The notes: generated from the letters alone by a model not told the origin. 32,000 nucleotides of DNA from Candidatus Heimdallarchaeota archaeon (GCA_030149205.1 JASBSB010000001.1:963518-995517); one strand, 5' to 3'; positions 9,327 through 18,309 are shown, counted from the first letter of the stretch. Made by a program: numbers and translations.

Positions 9327-9755
9327 ATGTTAGCAAATTTAACGGACTATGAAAATTGTAGTATTTGGAATGGTTTAAGAATTATTCGACCCAAATGGAC
9401 AATTCAGATAATTTTAGAGATTATGGTATCACCTGAAACGTCCTTAAGTTTTTCAGAGTTGGAAAAATTGATCCCTGATATTAATCCCAGAATGCTATCA
9501 AATAGGCTGAAAGATCTCTGTAAGTACAAGATCATTGAATCTTTCACTGAAAACCCAAAAACCCCTAAAAAGGTGAGATATAAATTGACTAAAGCGGGAG
9601 CTGGATTGGTGCATGTAATAGTCACCCTGAGGGATTGGTCGACAGAATTCATCTCAGAAAACCCAGACTGCAAAAATGACACCTGTAGACACATTTTAAG
9701 ATTAAAGCTAAACTTTGCTAAAGAATGGGGTGTAATTTCAGGAGAAACTAAATAA
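9327..9755 (+). CDS. HxlR/DUF24 family winged-helix transcriptional regulator
   Basis: N-terminal Cys (NCSI), KWTIQIILE, FSELEKLIPDINPRMLSNRLKDL, VRYKLTKAG. Confidence 0.88.
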   Translation: MLANLTDYENCSIWNGLRIIRPKWTIQIILEIMVSPETSLSFSELEKLIPDINPRMLSNRLKDLCKYKIIESFTENPKTPKKVRYKLTKAGAGLVHVIVTLRDWSTEFISENPDCKNDTCRHILRLKLNFAKEWGVISGETK

Positions 9756-10176
9756 AATTTGCAACGTCAAAATAAGCCAATATTAAAGCATATACTATAT
9801 GAGCCATCAAAATTCCAATACTCATTTTCACCCACCACTCTCTGGGGGCTTTCATCATTCCAAGCATTGCAATCATCATAATAGCAAAGATCATTGCATA
9901 AACAATCTCGTTCAAGTATGAGCCCAAGGTTATTTTCAATATCCCAACCCAAAGGTAATCATATACGAGAGGGTGAATAAGCGTTCCAATCATAAAGTGT
10001 ACCCCCCAGGCACTCATTTTTGGCATACCCATCATTTCATTCATCATGCCTCCCAATCCGTCAGAGATCATACTCCAACTTGGGGGCATCAATTGCATCA
10101 TGTAACCGTAGACAATCATTATAGACATAACAATTGTTCCTAAGAAACCACCGAGAATTAAATTTGGTAGAGTCAT
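9748..10176 (-). CDS. Met-rich small integral membrane protein
   Basis: 142 aa with about four hydrophobic segments; GGFLGTIVM, VHFMIG and MAHIVY motifs; 22 Met residues by my count. Convergent 8-nt overlap with the HxlR gene. Confidence 0.75.
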   Translation of the reverse strand: MTLPNLILGGFLGTIVMSIMIVYGYMMQLMPPSWSMISDGLGGMMNEMMGMPKMSAWGVHFMIGTLIHPLVYDYLWVGILKITLGSYLNEIVYAMIFAIMMIAMLGMMKAPREWWVKMSIGILMAHIVYALILAYFDVANFI

Positions 10177-10280
10177 GAAGACATATTTGTTTTGAATTAT
10201 TTATAAGACAGCTACGAATTTTCAAACTTGCTAAGAAATATTGCACATTTTTATCAAAATTCAATATGAAAATTAAACAA

Positions 10281-10901
10281 TTAATTCTTCTGAAATATCA
10301 TTGAAATATGCACTGGTGATATTCTCATGGTTGCAATAAAATTAAATGAAAAAAGATTACACATAAATTCCCAATCCTTAGAAGAATACCAACTAAAATT
10401 TCTTCTTCTACGAATTTTCTCCCCAACAGTTAATCTCTGAAAAGAGGAAGATTGCTCAAAGTACTCAAAATAGGTTTTTACTGGTTGTTGATCCCAATCC
10501 AAAATTACCAAATATCCACCATCAACTAAGGAAGAATGTATTGCCTTTAATACATCATCTAAATTTTCGAAGGACCTAAGAACACGAGATGCAAATATAA
10601 CAGAATATTTACCATGCAAGTTAGTGTCTTCTTGTAAATGTTGTTTTATCAATGAATAAGGTTTCCCAAAGGATTTTAACCTTATTTTGGACTCCTCCAA
10701 CATTTCAGGTCTTAAATCTATCCCAGTAACAGAACCAGGGTTAAACCTCTCACAGATCTGCTCTAAAAGGAGTCCAGGTCCACACCCAATATCGAGGACA
10801 GAATTAAATCGTTTAACATGCTTCTTAACAAACTGGAAATATTGCTCCGTATGAACCTCTGAGAATGATTCTATCATTCTAAGTACAAATTCATCTCTCA
10901 T
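10281..10901 (-). CDS. Class I SAM-dependent methyltransferase
   Basis: Motif I VLDIGCGPG, GIDL, YSVIFAS, LVDGGYLVILDW. Confidence 0.85.
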   Translation of the reverse strand: MRDEFVLRMIESFSEVHTEQYFQFVKKHVKRFNSVLDIGCGPGLLLEQICERFNPGSVTGIDLRPEMLEESKIRLKSFGKPYSLIKQHLQEDTNLHGKYSVIFASRVLRSFENLDDVLKAIHSSLVDGGYLVILDWDQQPVKTYFEYFEQSSSFQRLTVGEKIRRRRNFSWYSSKDWEFMCNLFSFNFIATMRISPVHISMIFQKN

Positions 10902-10938
10902 AAAATTACAATTTGTACCGAACTCTAAAAAGTACAGG

Positions 10939-11826
10939 TTATTGAACTATGCCTGGCTTATCAATCAGGATTATATCTTCCTTTTCGAAAATCAAAAATA
11001 AATAAATTAATGTCTGAAGATTTGTGTAAGGAAACATAGCATATATCTCCTGTAGTGAGCCATCGGGGGAATCCGTAAGTGATGTGAAAAACATTCGAAT
11101 ATCATCATTAGTTATTCCTGTGAGCTTTTTTTCAATCATAGTCAGTTTAGAACTGAGGTCTTCTGAGAATTTGATCTGAAAGTGTATCTCATGAGCCACC
11201 AACATAGTCTGAATCATCATTCTATCAAACTCTCTTGGGGGGTCTGATATGTACTCCATGATATATTCTAGGACATCGAGAAGGAGACCTAGCGTCAGAG
11301 GAGGCAATATCTCTATTGTATCAACTAATAATTGAAACCATTGTTCCATCATCGGAGTAAATGGTCGGATACTAGATTTAAGCTCGAATTCAATCATCCC
11401 CATTTTAGATACAATGAGAGAAAGGGGATGATTAGTAGGATTGTTGTTGGTTTGCAGGATGGCACGAAGGGTATCCATTCTTAGTTCAAACTCAAAACCA
11501 GCCAAAAATGGGACGATCCCCATTTTTAGAACCTTATATCCTTTTTGATTAACTCCTTGTGTCCCAGGTTTAGGTAGACCTACTAAACCAATGTCTGCCC
11601 CCGTTTTCATGGGTGGGAACTCAAGTTTGGTTAATGTCCTGATGGCTGCTCCAGCATCTATTTGAAGATTATGTGACTTAGTAAGCCCGTGGTTACATTT
11701 ATGTCGTACAGTTAAATTGAATAAGCCATTAGGTGAATCTTCAGCATACTTTGAGATTGCTACCTCATCTAATGAGAGCTTATTGTAGGTGTTACACTGT
11801 TCACAAAAGTATGAGGTCTTCTTCAT
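10939..11826 (-). CDS. Hypothetical protein with N-terminal putative Zn-binding motif
   Basis: CEQC...HKCNHGLTKSH near the N-terminus; the helical C-terminus ends in a possible winged-helix-like segment. Confidence 0.7.
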   Translation of the reverse strand: MKKTSYFCEQCNTYNKLSLDEVAISKYAEDSPNGLFNLTVRHKCNHGLTKSHNLQIDAGAAIRTLTKLEFPPMKTGADIGLVGLPKPGTQGVNQKGYKVLKMGIVPFLAGFEFELRMDTLRAILQTNNNPTNHPLSLIVSKMGMIEFELKSSIRPFTPMMEQWFQLLVDTIEILPPLTLGLLLDVLEYIMEYISDPPREFDRMMIQTMLVAHEIHFQIKFSEDLSSKLTMIEKKLTGITNDDIRMFFTSLTDSPDGSLQEIYAMFPYTNLQTLIYLFLIFEKEDIILIDKPGIVQ

Positions 11827-11924
11827 CTATTTATAAAAATAATCTTTCCTTCTTAAAAAACCTTTTGGAAATACAGAGATGTGGTTAAAGTAAGCTTTTA
11901 TTCAAGTTCATAAAATATAAAATA

Positions 11925-12851
11925 TTGAACCCAGAGGTTGTCTCTTTGAGCTCTGATTTCATTCAGGTGGTCAATGAATCCTTGTCAATGATTCCTTTAG
12001 ACTTATCTGAGTATGAAAACATCACCTCAGTTATCATCACAGATGATTTAAGATTAGTTGATATGGATAAAGTCTCATCCTCAAAGGGGATCTTATTGAT
12101 CGATAATAATCCTGTTATCACAACCCATAAGGAAAACATCCTTGTTTGGGAAATAAATTTCACAGAGATCACTCCTTTCTTGCTCAACTTCAAGCTATCT
12201 GTCTTAAATAAACTGATTACAAAAGAAGTATTAAGATCTACCTCGTTTCAAAATTTAGATAGGCCCTCGCTAGAGGATAAAAACACAATCATTTTTATCA
12301 CAGGAAGTGCAGGTGCCCCTAGAATGATTACTGACATATTAACCTCCCTTCACAAAAATATTCACCCCATAATAGTCGTTCAACACATTTCGAGGTCCTT
12401 TGACAAAAGGTTTGTAAATAGAATCAATTCCAAAGGAAAAATAAACGCGGTGTTGGTAAGTAGTTCTTCCCAACTAAAAGATAACCAAATTTATGTTGCT
12501 CCAGCTGATTACCACATAGAGATAATAAATTCACCGAAGGGGTTTATTGTGAAGAAATCAGAAGGCTCAAAGGTAAATTTTACAAGACCATCAGCCGATG
12601 TTACTCTGTTTTCTATGGCAAGGCTCTCAAGTTTGATTCCTTTGGTTGTAGTGATGAGTGGGATGGGAAGAGATGGAAGAGAAGGAATTAGAATTTTAAA
12701 AAGAGAAAACCCCGATACTGTGGTTATCGCATTAGATGAGGATGAAAGTCCAGTAAATGGGATGAATAGAGAGGTTATAAAATCAAATTTTGCGGATTAT
12801 GTTTTGACAACAACACAGATCATCTCATTCATTCAGAGATTTAGAGCTTGA
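11925..12851 (+). CDS. cheB: CheB-type methylesterase domain protein with divergent N-terminal region
   Basis: Catalytic triad motifs GSAGA (Ser), VQHI (His), SGMGRDG (Asp), plus YVAPADYH and RPSADV. No canonical receiver DD/D/K motif in the N-terminal ~100 aa. TTG start; frame open from 11889. Confidence 0.82.
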   Translation: MNPEVVSLSSDFIQVVNESLSMIPLDLSEYENITSVIITDDLRLVDMDKVSSSKGILLIDNNPVITTHKENILVWEINFTEITPFLLNFKLSVLNKLITKEVLRSTSFQNLDRPSLEDKNTIIFITGSAGAPRMITDILTSLHKNIHPIIVVQHISRSFDKRFVNRINSKGKINAVLVSSSSQLKDNQIYVAPADYHIEIINSPKGFIVKKSEGSKVNFTRPSADVTLFSMARLSSLIPLVVVMSGMGRDGREGIRILKRENPDTVVIALDEDESPVNGMNREVIKSNFADYVLTTTQIISFIQRFRA

Positions 12852-13481
12852 ACTTCTTTTAAATGCTAACGTCATCCAAAAGCGGCTTTGGTCAATCGTT
12901 TCCCATTCATACCCCTTTGATTTCATCTGATTGGTTAAATCATCTATTCTATGAAGATATGGTCTAAACGAGTTGGTTAATGCTGCAATTGGAGAAAAAA
13001 GCTTCAGAAGTACTCTAAGGAATAACCAAGGACGAGGAAGTGTGACCACAATTTCCTCAGCGTTTAATGACACACATTTATTCATCAATGTCTCTCTATC
13101 AGGATAGCAACAAAGTACCCTATGCATGGAGACGCCATCAACACTTTCCGCATCATTGAAATTTTTAAAGTTAACCACCTTTAGATCAACACCTTCTGAA
13201 ATTCCCATTTCCTTAAAATTTTCTGAAGCCTCATTGATCATTGATGTAGAGAGATCAATCCCAATAACTTTTGTTTTTGGAGATTTATTTTTAACCTCCA
13301 TAAGTAATGTTCCAGGACCACATCCTACATCTAGCACAGATTTAGGATTTGATTCAACTAGATAGTTTACATGTTTCATTGCACTTATGGGTAAACCTGA
13401 GGACTTTTGTCTATCCGACATTCGCTTGCTTTCCCGATCAAAAAATCTACTAATGGTCTGATCCTTTGTTGTCTTATTCAT
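12825..13481 (-). CDS. Class I SAM-dependent methyltransferase (VLCCYPD subfamily)
   Basis: VLDVGCGPG, IGIDLS, DGVSMHRVLCCYPD. Convergent 27-nt overlap with cheB. Confidence 0.85.
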   Translation of the reverse strand: MNKTTKDQTISRFFDRESKRMSDRQKSSGLPISAMKHVNYLVESNPKSVLDVGCGPGTLLMEVKNKSPKTKVIGIDLSTSMINEASENFKEMGISEGVDLKVVNFKNFNDAESVDGVSMHRVLCCYPDRETLMNKCVSLNAEEIVVTLPRPWLFLRVLLKLFSPIAALTNSFRPYLHRIDDLTNQMKSKGYEWETIDQSRFWMTLAFKRSSSSKSLNE

Positions 13482-13504
13482 AAATTACCACGGGTCAGCT
13501 AGAG

Positions 13505-13518
13505 ATTTAACCTTTCGG
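13505..13518 (-). promoter_or_regulatory. BRE + TATA promoter (CCGAAAG-G-TTAAAT) of the methyltransferase
   Basis: Reads CCGAAAGGTTAAAT on the minus strand and ends 24 nt upstream of the ATG at 13481, a typical archaeal BRE/TATA spacing for a leaderless mRNA. Confidence 0.6.
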
Positions 13519-13578
13519 TTTTCTGAAAGGTAGGAAATCTGACATTTTCTTCTGAAAAAGTGATTACACTTTAGTTAC

Positions 13579-13586
13579 TTTATTAA
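13579..13586 (+). promoter_or_regulatory. Putative TATA box (TTTATTAA) of the men/aro cluster
   Basis: About 30 nt upstream of ATG 13616, within a 134-nt divergent intergenic region. Confidence 0.4.
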
Positions 13587-13615
13587 CAAGGTGTCACGCT
13601 CAATAATTATTAGAG

Positions 13616-15244
13616 ATGTCTAAGTTAATTTTGATAAATCATATTGTGAGTCAAAACCTTAGGCAATATGTTGAAAGTATAAATAAAACCTGTGTTTCTG
13701 GGAACACATACTTTCTAGTATACTTTGGCATCGAGAGCTATTTATCTAAAGTAATCCAATTAATTGAGGACAAAGATCCGCTGGAGAGGGAAAGGGTGAT
13801 ATTTTCGATCTTTGGTGATTCGGATATATCGAAATGTGCGTCCCTCAATATTCTAATTAATAATATTCTAGGCTTAAAGTTGATGAGAGAGACTAATTTC
13901 TCTGTCATTCGTGATGCCTTATTGAATCAATTTAATACGTTGCTGAATGAATACTATCAGTTACATGTATGTGAAACATCAGTTGGAGTTCAAAACTTAA
14001 ATGACATTATCATACGATACCCATTGGTTGATATATTTGATCAAAACGAGAGAGCCGTACTCTCTGATAATCAATTAGTCAGCACTCAACAAATTGAGAT
14101 GCTCACCGTTGATAACACCAGATACCACTTTTTTGGATTAATTGGGGATAAATTAGACAAAGTTTCTGAATTTAAAGACAAATTTCTAAATTCAATCCAG
14201 CTAAACGAAGTCATTATCATTAATGTGAATATGAGTGCTGTTTATCAACATTTGCTCTCCACAAATCTTATTCCTTATTCAGCAGTTTTATCAGAGTTAA
14301 AGCTAAATGATTGTTGGCTAAACCTTTCTGATCTTGAGAAACATCGATACTCAACTAGATTACCTGACCCAAATAGGAAAAACCCAATCATTTTGGCTCC
14401 CTATTTCAAATTCATCAAAAACCACCTTTCTTCTGTTAACATCCAGTCCAATATCAACCTGTTTGAAATTTACCTTGTCTCACATGACAGAAAGCCTGAA
14501 TTTATTAATTTCCTACTTTCAAAAATTTCTAAATTCAATGACATCATATTAGAGGATAAAGGAAGAACAGTCAAAATAATTTTCCCCCAGAAAGTTAGGT
14601 TAGATACTTTGTTTGATCCCAAATTTCCAGAGTTTGAACAAATAATAGAATCAACAACCCTAGGAGAAAATATGTATCTAACAATATTGCATGGATTTCG
14701 ATTGTCTCCAGAGAAAATATTGAATAACACCCTTCCTGATGAATATGAGCTCATAAGTGATAACAATTTAGGAAACTACTATATCATTTCTAACGAAAAA
14801 GTAAACGTTAACTTACAGGATTATGTGGAGAATCGAAATGCAGTCAATCTCTTAAAAAACTTAAATGGACAGCAGTTTTTCCAAATTCAGGTGTTACCAC
14901 AAACTGACAATTTGAGCTTTCCCATTTTAACTATCGCCCAGTGGAAGAATGGAGTTTTACAGTTTACATTACCTTCGCTCTTAGACCCATTAAGTAGTAT
15001 TAACTCTTGGAAAGGGAAGTCGTTTGATGTTGTGTGTATTTTTGATAAAGGAACCTCTTTTCTGCTTAGAGGTGTAATCCAGAGTCACGATAATTTTGAT
15101 TTAAAGTATTGGCAAACAAATTTTTTTGATAAAGATCAATTTAATTTGATAAAAAGAAAAAGTGGGCTATCTGAAACATTTGAATACTATTGGCAGAGAA
15201 ACCTTTATTCTTATGAAATTGAAGAGGTGAGGATGATTGAATAA
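13616..15244 (+). CDS. Hypothetical protein (542 aa), first gene of the men/aro cluster
   Basis: Long ORF overlapping the next gene by 8 nt. No intact family signature; only weak resemblances (see findings). Confidence 0.72.
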   Translation: MSKLILINHIVSQNLRQYVESINKTCVSGNTYFLVYFGIESYLSKVIQLIEDKDPLERERVIFSIFGDSDISKCASLNILINNILGLKLMRETNFSVIRDALLNQFNTLLNEYYQLHVCETSVGVQNLNDIIIRYPLVDIFDQNERAVLSDNQLVSTQQIEMLTVDNTRYHFFGLIGDKLDKVSEFKDKFLNSIQLNEVIIINVNMSAVYQHLLSTNLIPYSAVLSELKLNDCWLNLSDLEKHRYSTRLPDPNRKNPIILAPYFKFIKNHLSSVNIQSNINLFEIYLVSHDRKPEFINFLLSKISKFNDIILEDKGRTVKIIFPQKVRLDTLFDPKFPEFEQIIESTTLGENMYLTILHGFRLSPEKILNNTLPDEYELISDNNLGNYYIISNEKVNVNLQDYVENRNAVNLLKNLNGQQFFQIQVLPQTDNLSFPILTIAQWKNGVLQFTLPSLLDPLSSINSWKGKSFDVVCIFDKGTSFLLRGVIQSHDNFDLKYWQTNFFDKDQFNLIKRKSGLSETFEYYWQRNLYSYEIEEVRMIE

Positions 15245-16871
15245 GAATCTTAGACAACTGCTTGCTGAATATAAATCGATGAATATGTACCTTCCTGATA
15301 AATCAATTCTTGGAAAAATTGGGCTTTCTAAGAATGGAAAAATTTTGATCTCCTCAAATATTTTAAACTCATTATCAGAACCTGAAAAATGTGTTATTTA
15401 TTGGTTCAAAGCCACACCAAGCTCATTGATTGAGTCAGACAGGACTCCAAGAGTTGCGATTTTCGGAGAAATTAATAATTCTGGAGAAATTATTGTGGAA
15501 AGAGAAACATGGTGGAACCGGGAGGATATAAATCTTGAAACTTTGCTTCAGAGACAAAGCAGTCTCAAAAAGTTCAATCCAAGCGATCGATTTATGAAGG
15601 TATTAAATAATCTTAAGTTACATGAGGAAGCTGTAGTTATAGGATCAATATTCAATAATCCAATTCACTTTAAAACAACAATTTATTCAAGATCAGAGGA
15701 CAAGGTGATTCTTTTCATCCCACTATCAGAGATGAGAGAACAACAACTAAAGTATACAAGAACCTTAAAAGTTCTGTGTACTATGAATAAAGAAATATCA
15801 AATCTAGAATTGATAGGAGAAGTCCTCACCTTGACCAAAAAATTTGACGGGTTGTATATTAACCTAAAAATTCGACGAATTGTTTATGGTGACCGTACAG
15901 AGTTTGAATATTTAGAGGGTGAACCTTATTCTGAGATGAAAGAATTTCTGACGGGATCTTGGGTCACATTACGATACTTTTTAGGACTTACCAGGTTCTC
16001 ATTTTTTCTGTTCCCCTTAGTTTCTGTCCTTTTGACCATGTTTTATTTGTACTCATCTGGTGTCAGTTTGTCGCCGAGGTCAATCATTTTAGAATTACTT
16101 GCGATTCTGTTTCTACAGTTATCCATGAATGTGTTTAATGACTATTTTGACAGTAAAAGTTACGCAGATATCTTTAATCCTGGACAAGGTAGTATGCATG
16201 GAGGTTCAAAATTTATAAAATTTGAGCTTATAGAACCTTCGAAATCATTTCAGATAGGAGTAATTCTTTCAGTTCTAGGATTATTTTTGAGTCTTTTGCT
16301 CATTTATTTTTCCTCTCGTTTCGATTTATTAGCCTTTGGATTTTTTGTTTTTCTTTTTGCTCTTGCTTTTTCAACCCCACCTTTAAAGCTCTCTTATAGA
16401 GGATGGGGAGAGATCCAGATTCCAATACTTCTGGTTGTCGCACCAGTTGTAGGTACAATTTATCTCTTTACTGGATCTTGGGGGTTTACACCCTTTTTTG
16501 AACTTTATGGTTTGATTATACCCCTTGCATTAACATTATTCCAATTTACATTGGTGAACAGTATGGCAGATTCAGAAGCAGATAAAAAAGCAGGAAAAGA
16601 AACATTAGCTATTAAGCTAAGTGGTAAAAATTTAACTCTTCTGTTATATGCTTCTTTTGGACTTAGCTACGTATTTTATCCACTCCTTAGTTATTTTTAT
16701 AATAATTGGGCGTTGAGCCTATTGCTCATACTTGCAATTCCACACTTCCTAGTAATTAATCAAATCACTGGATCTGACCACAACTCCAAACTAGTTGATA
16801 TGATCTCAATTAAAATTCTCATATTGTATCTTGGTTTTGGATTAATTTCTGTTTTTGCCCTTATCTTTTGA
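15237..16871 (+). CDS. menA: MenA-type (UbiA superfamily) prenyltransferase fused to a ~250-aa unknown N-terminal region
   Basis: C-terminal half is multi-pass TM with NVFNDYFD, PPLKLSYRGWGE and NSMADSEADKKAGKETLA, the Asp-rich motifs typical of MenA. Confidence 0.8.
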   Translation: MNKNLRQLLAEYKSMNMYLPDKSILGKIGLSKNGKILISSNILNSLSEPEKCVIYWFKATPSSLIESDRTPRVAIFGEINNSGEIIVERETWWNREDINLETLLQRQSSLKKFNPSDRFMKVLNNLKLHEEAVVIGSIFNNPIHFKTTIYSRSEDKVILFIPLSEMREQQLKYTRTLKVLCTMNKEISNLELIGEVLTLTKKFDGLYINLKIRRIVYGDRTEFEYLEGEPYSEMKEFLTGSWVTLRYFLGLTRFSFFLFPLVSVLLTMFYLYSSGVSLSPRSIILELLAILFLQLSMNVFNDYFDSKSYADIFNPGQGSMHGGSKFIKFELIEPSKSFQIGVILSVLGLFLSLLLIYFSSRFDLLAFGFFVFLFALAFSTPPLKLSYRGWGEIQIPILLVVAPVVGTIYLFTGSWGFTPFFELYGLIIPLALTLFQFTLVNSMADSEADKKAGKETLAIKLSGKNLTLLLYASFGLSYVFYPLLSYFYNNWALSLLLILAIPHFLVINQITGSDHNSKLVDMISIKILILYLGFGLISVFALIF

Positions 16872-16933
16872 ATCTGTACTTTGAAACATTAGCATAGATT
16901 TATACTTTTAAATTAGTATTTTTACTTGACGTA

Positions 16934-18304
16934 ATGACTGAAAAGGTATTGGAAACAGAGGTTGTTGTAGTTGGAGGTGGCCCTGCGGGAGTATCTGCTG
17001 CATTTACTTTAGGTAGACAGAAAATCCCGACGATTTTGGTTGATCGTAAACCCAAGGAAAAGATTGGTGATAAGGTATGTGGTGATGCACTTAACCCTAT
17101 TTTGACAAAGTGGTGTTATGATCAAGTTGGTCTGCCACAACCTGATCCAGAGAAAAAAGAACTGATGGAAATAGCTGAGACAATCGTTTTAAGAGGTTCT
17201 AACCCAAGGGTAATTTTGCCAATGGGTCTTGGTTCGGCGACAGTTGATAGGTTGAGATATGGACAAAAACTTCTTCACGCTGCAGAAGAACTTGAATCAG
17301 TTTCTGTTATGGCAGAAACCAGAGTGAAAGAGGTCATAGTTGAGAACAATGTTGTGAAAGGCGTTAAAGTTCTCACTCCAGAGGGTGAACAGTCAATTAT
17401 GTCAAAAATAGTAATTGATGCATCAGGTTCATCTGGTGTTGTTAGAAGAAGACTACCATTGAGTATGTGCACAAAATTCCCTCAGAAAATACCAAGAGAA
17501 GAGATGATTGTCGCCTATCGTGAGATAATTAGAACCAAAGAACCACATCAGTTTCAGAAAGGACTGTACCTCACCTATGAAAAGGAACTTGAGGAGGTAA
17601 TGCCAGGATATTACTGGTTTTTCAGTAGAGGTGAGCGTGAGCTAAACATTGGTCTGGGTTATTTAATGATAGAGGAGAATTTGGGGAAAAATATAAGAGA
17701 GTTAAATCAGAGCGTAAGAGATAGATATTTCCCTGACGCTGAGATCCTAGCCTCTCAAGGTGATCAGATCCCTGCTAGGATGCCTCTTCCCTCATTGGTT
17801 CACAATGGTTTTATTACTGCAGGTGATGCTGGTGCGTTGGCAAACCCATTAAATGGAGAAGGACACGGCCCCGCTTTATTTTCAGGAATTAAAGCAGCTC
17901 AAGAAATATTAAAAGTAAGAGAAGAGGGAAAAGAATACACTGAAGAACACCTTTGGGGTTACAACAAATGGGTTTGGAGTTACTTTGGAGTAGAATTTGC
18001 TATGGGGATCGGAATCATTAAATTCATTTTCAAATTTGGGTATCCTGAGTTTGAATGGTTAATAGAACATGGGATCATAACTGAAGATGATATCAATACT
18101 CAGCTCTATGAGCCAGCAAAAGGACACAAAGGGATGTTAAAGAAAGTGTTTAAACTTGCTCGTAAACCAAGAGTTCTGATGGGATTGAGAAAAACCCTGA
18201 ATCATGTAGAGAAATTAGTGAAAATCGCACAAGAATATCCCGATATCGAAAATTTTGATGAATGGAATAGAAAGTTAGAAAAAGAACTTGAAACAGAGCT
18301 TTAG
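16934..18304 (+). CDS. Geranylgeranyl reductase family FAD oxidoreductase (DGGR/MenJ-like)
   Basis: VVVVGGGPAG, VCGDAL, IDASGSSG, YYWFF, AGDAGALANPLNGEG. Confidence 0.85.
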   Translation: MTEKVLETEVVVVGGGPAGVSAAFTLGRQKIPTILVDRKPKEKIGDKVCGDALNPILTKWCYDQVGLPQPDPEKKELMEIAETIVLRGSNPRVILPMGLGSATVDRLRYGQKLLHAAEELESVSVMAETRVKEVIVENNVVKGVKVLTPEGEQSIMSKIVIDASGSSGVVRRRLPLSMCTKFPQKIPREEMIVAYREIIRTKEPHQFQKGLYLTYEKELEEVMPGYYWFFSRGERELNIGLGYLMIEENLGKNIRELNQSVRDRYFPDAEILASQGDQIPARMPLPSLVHNGFITAGDAGALANPLNGEGHGPALFSGIKAAQEILKVREEGKEYTEEHLWGYNKWVWSYFGVEFAMGIGIIKFIFKFGYPEFEWLIEHGIITEDDINTQLYEPAKGHKGMLKKVFKLARKPRVLMGLRKTLNHVEKLVKIAQEYPDIENFDEWNRKLEKELETEL

Positions 18305-18309
18305 TAACT

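Noticed and set aside
12825-13481. Call as Mg-protoporphyrin IX methyltransferase (BchM/ChlM)
   Set aside because: Only generic similarity, and no tetrapyrrole or chlorophyll genes nearby; kept as an unassigned class I MTase.
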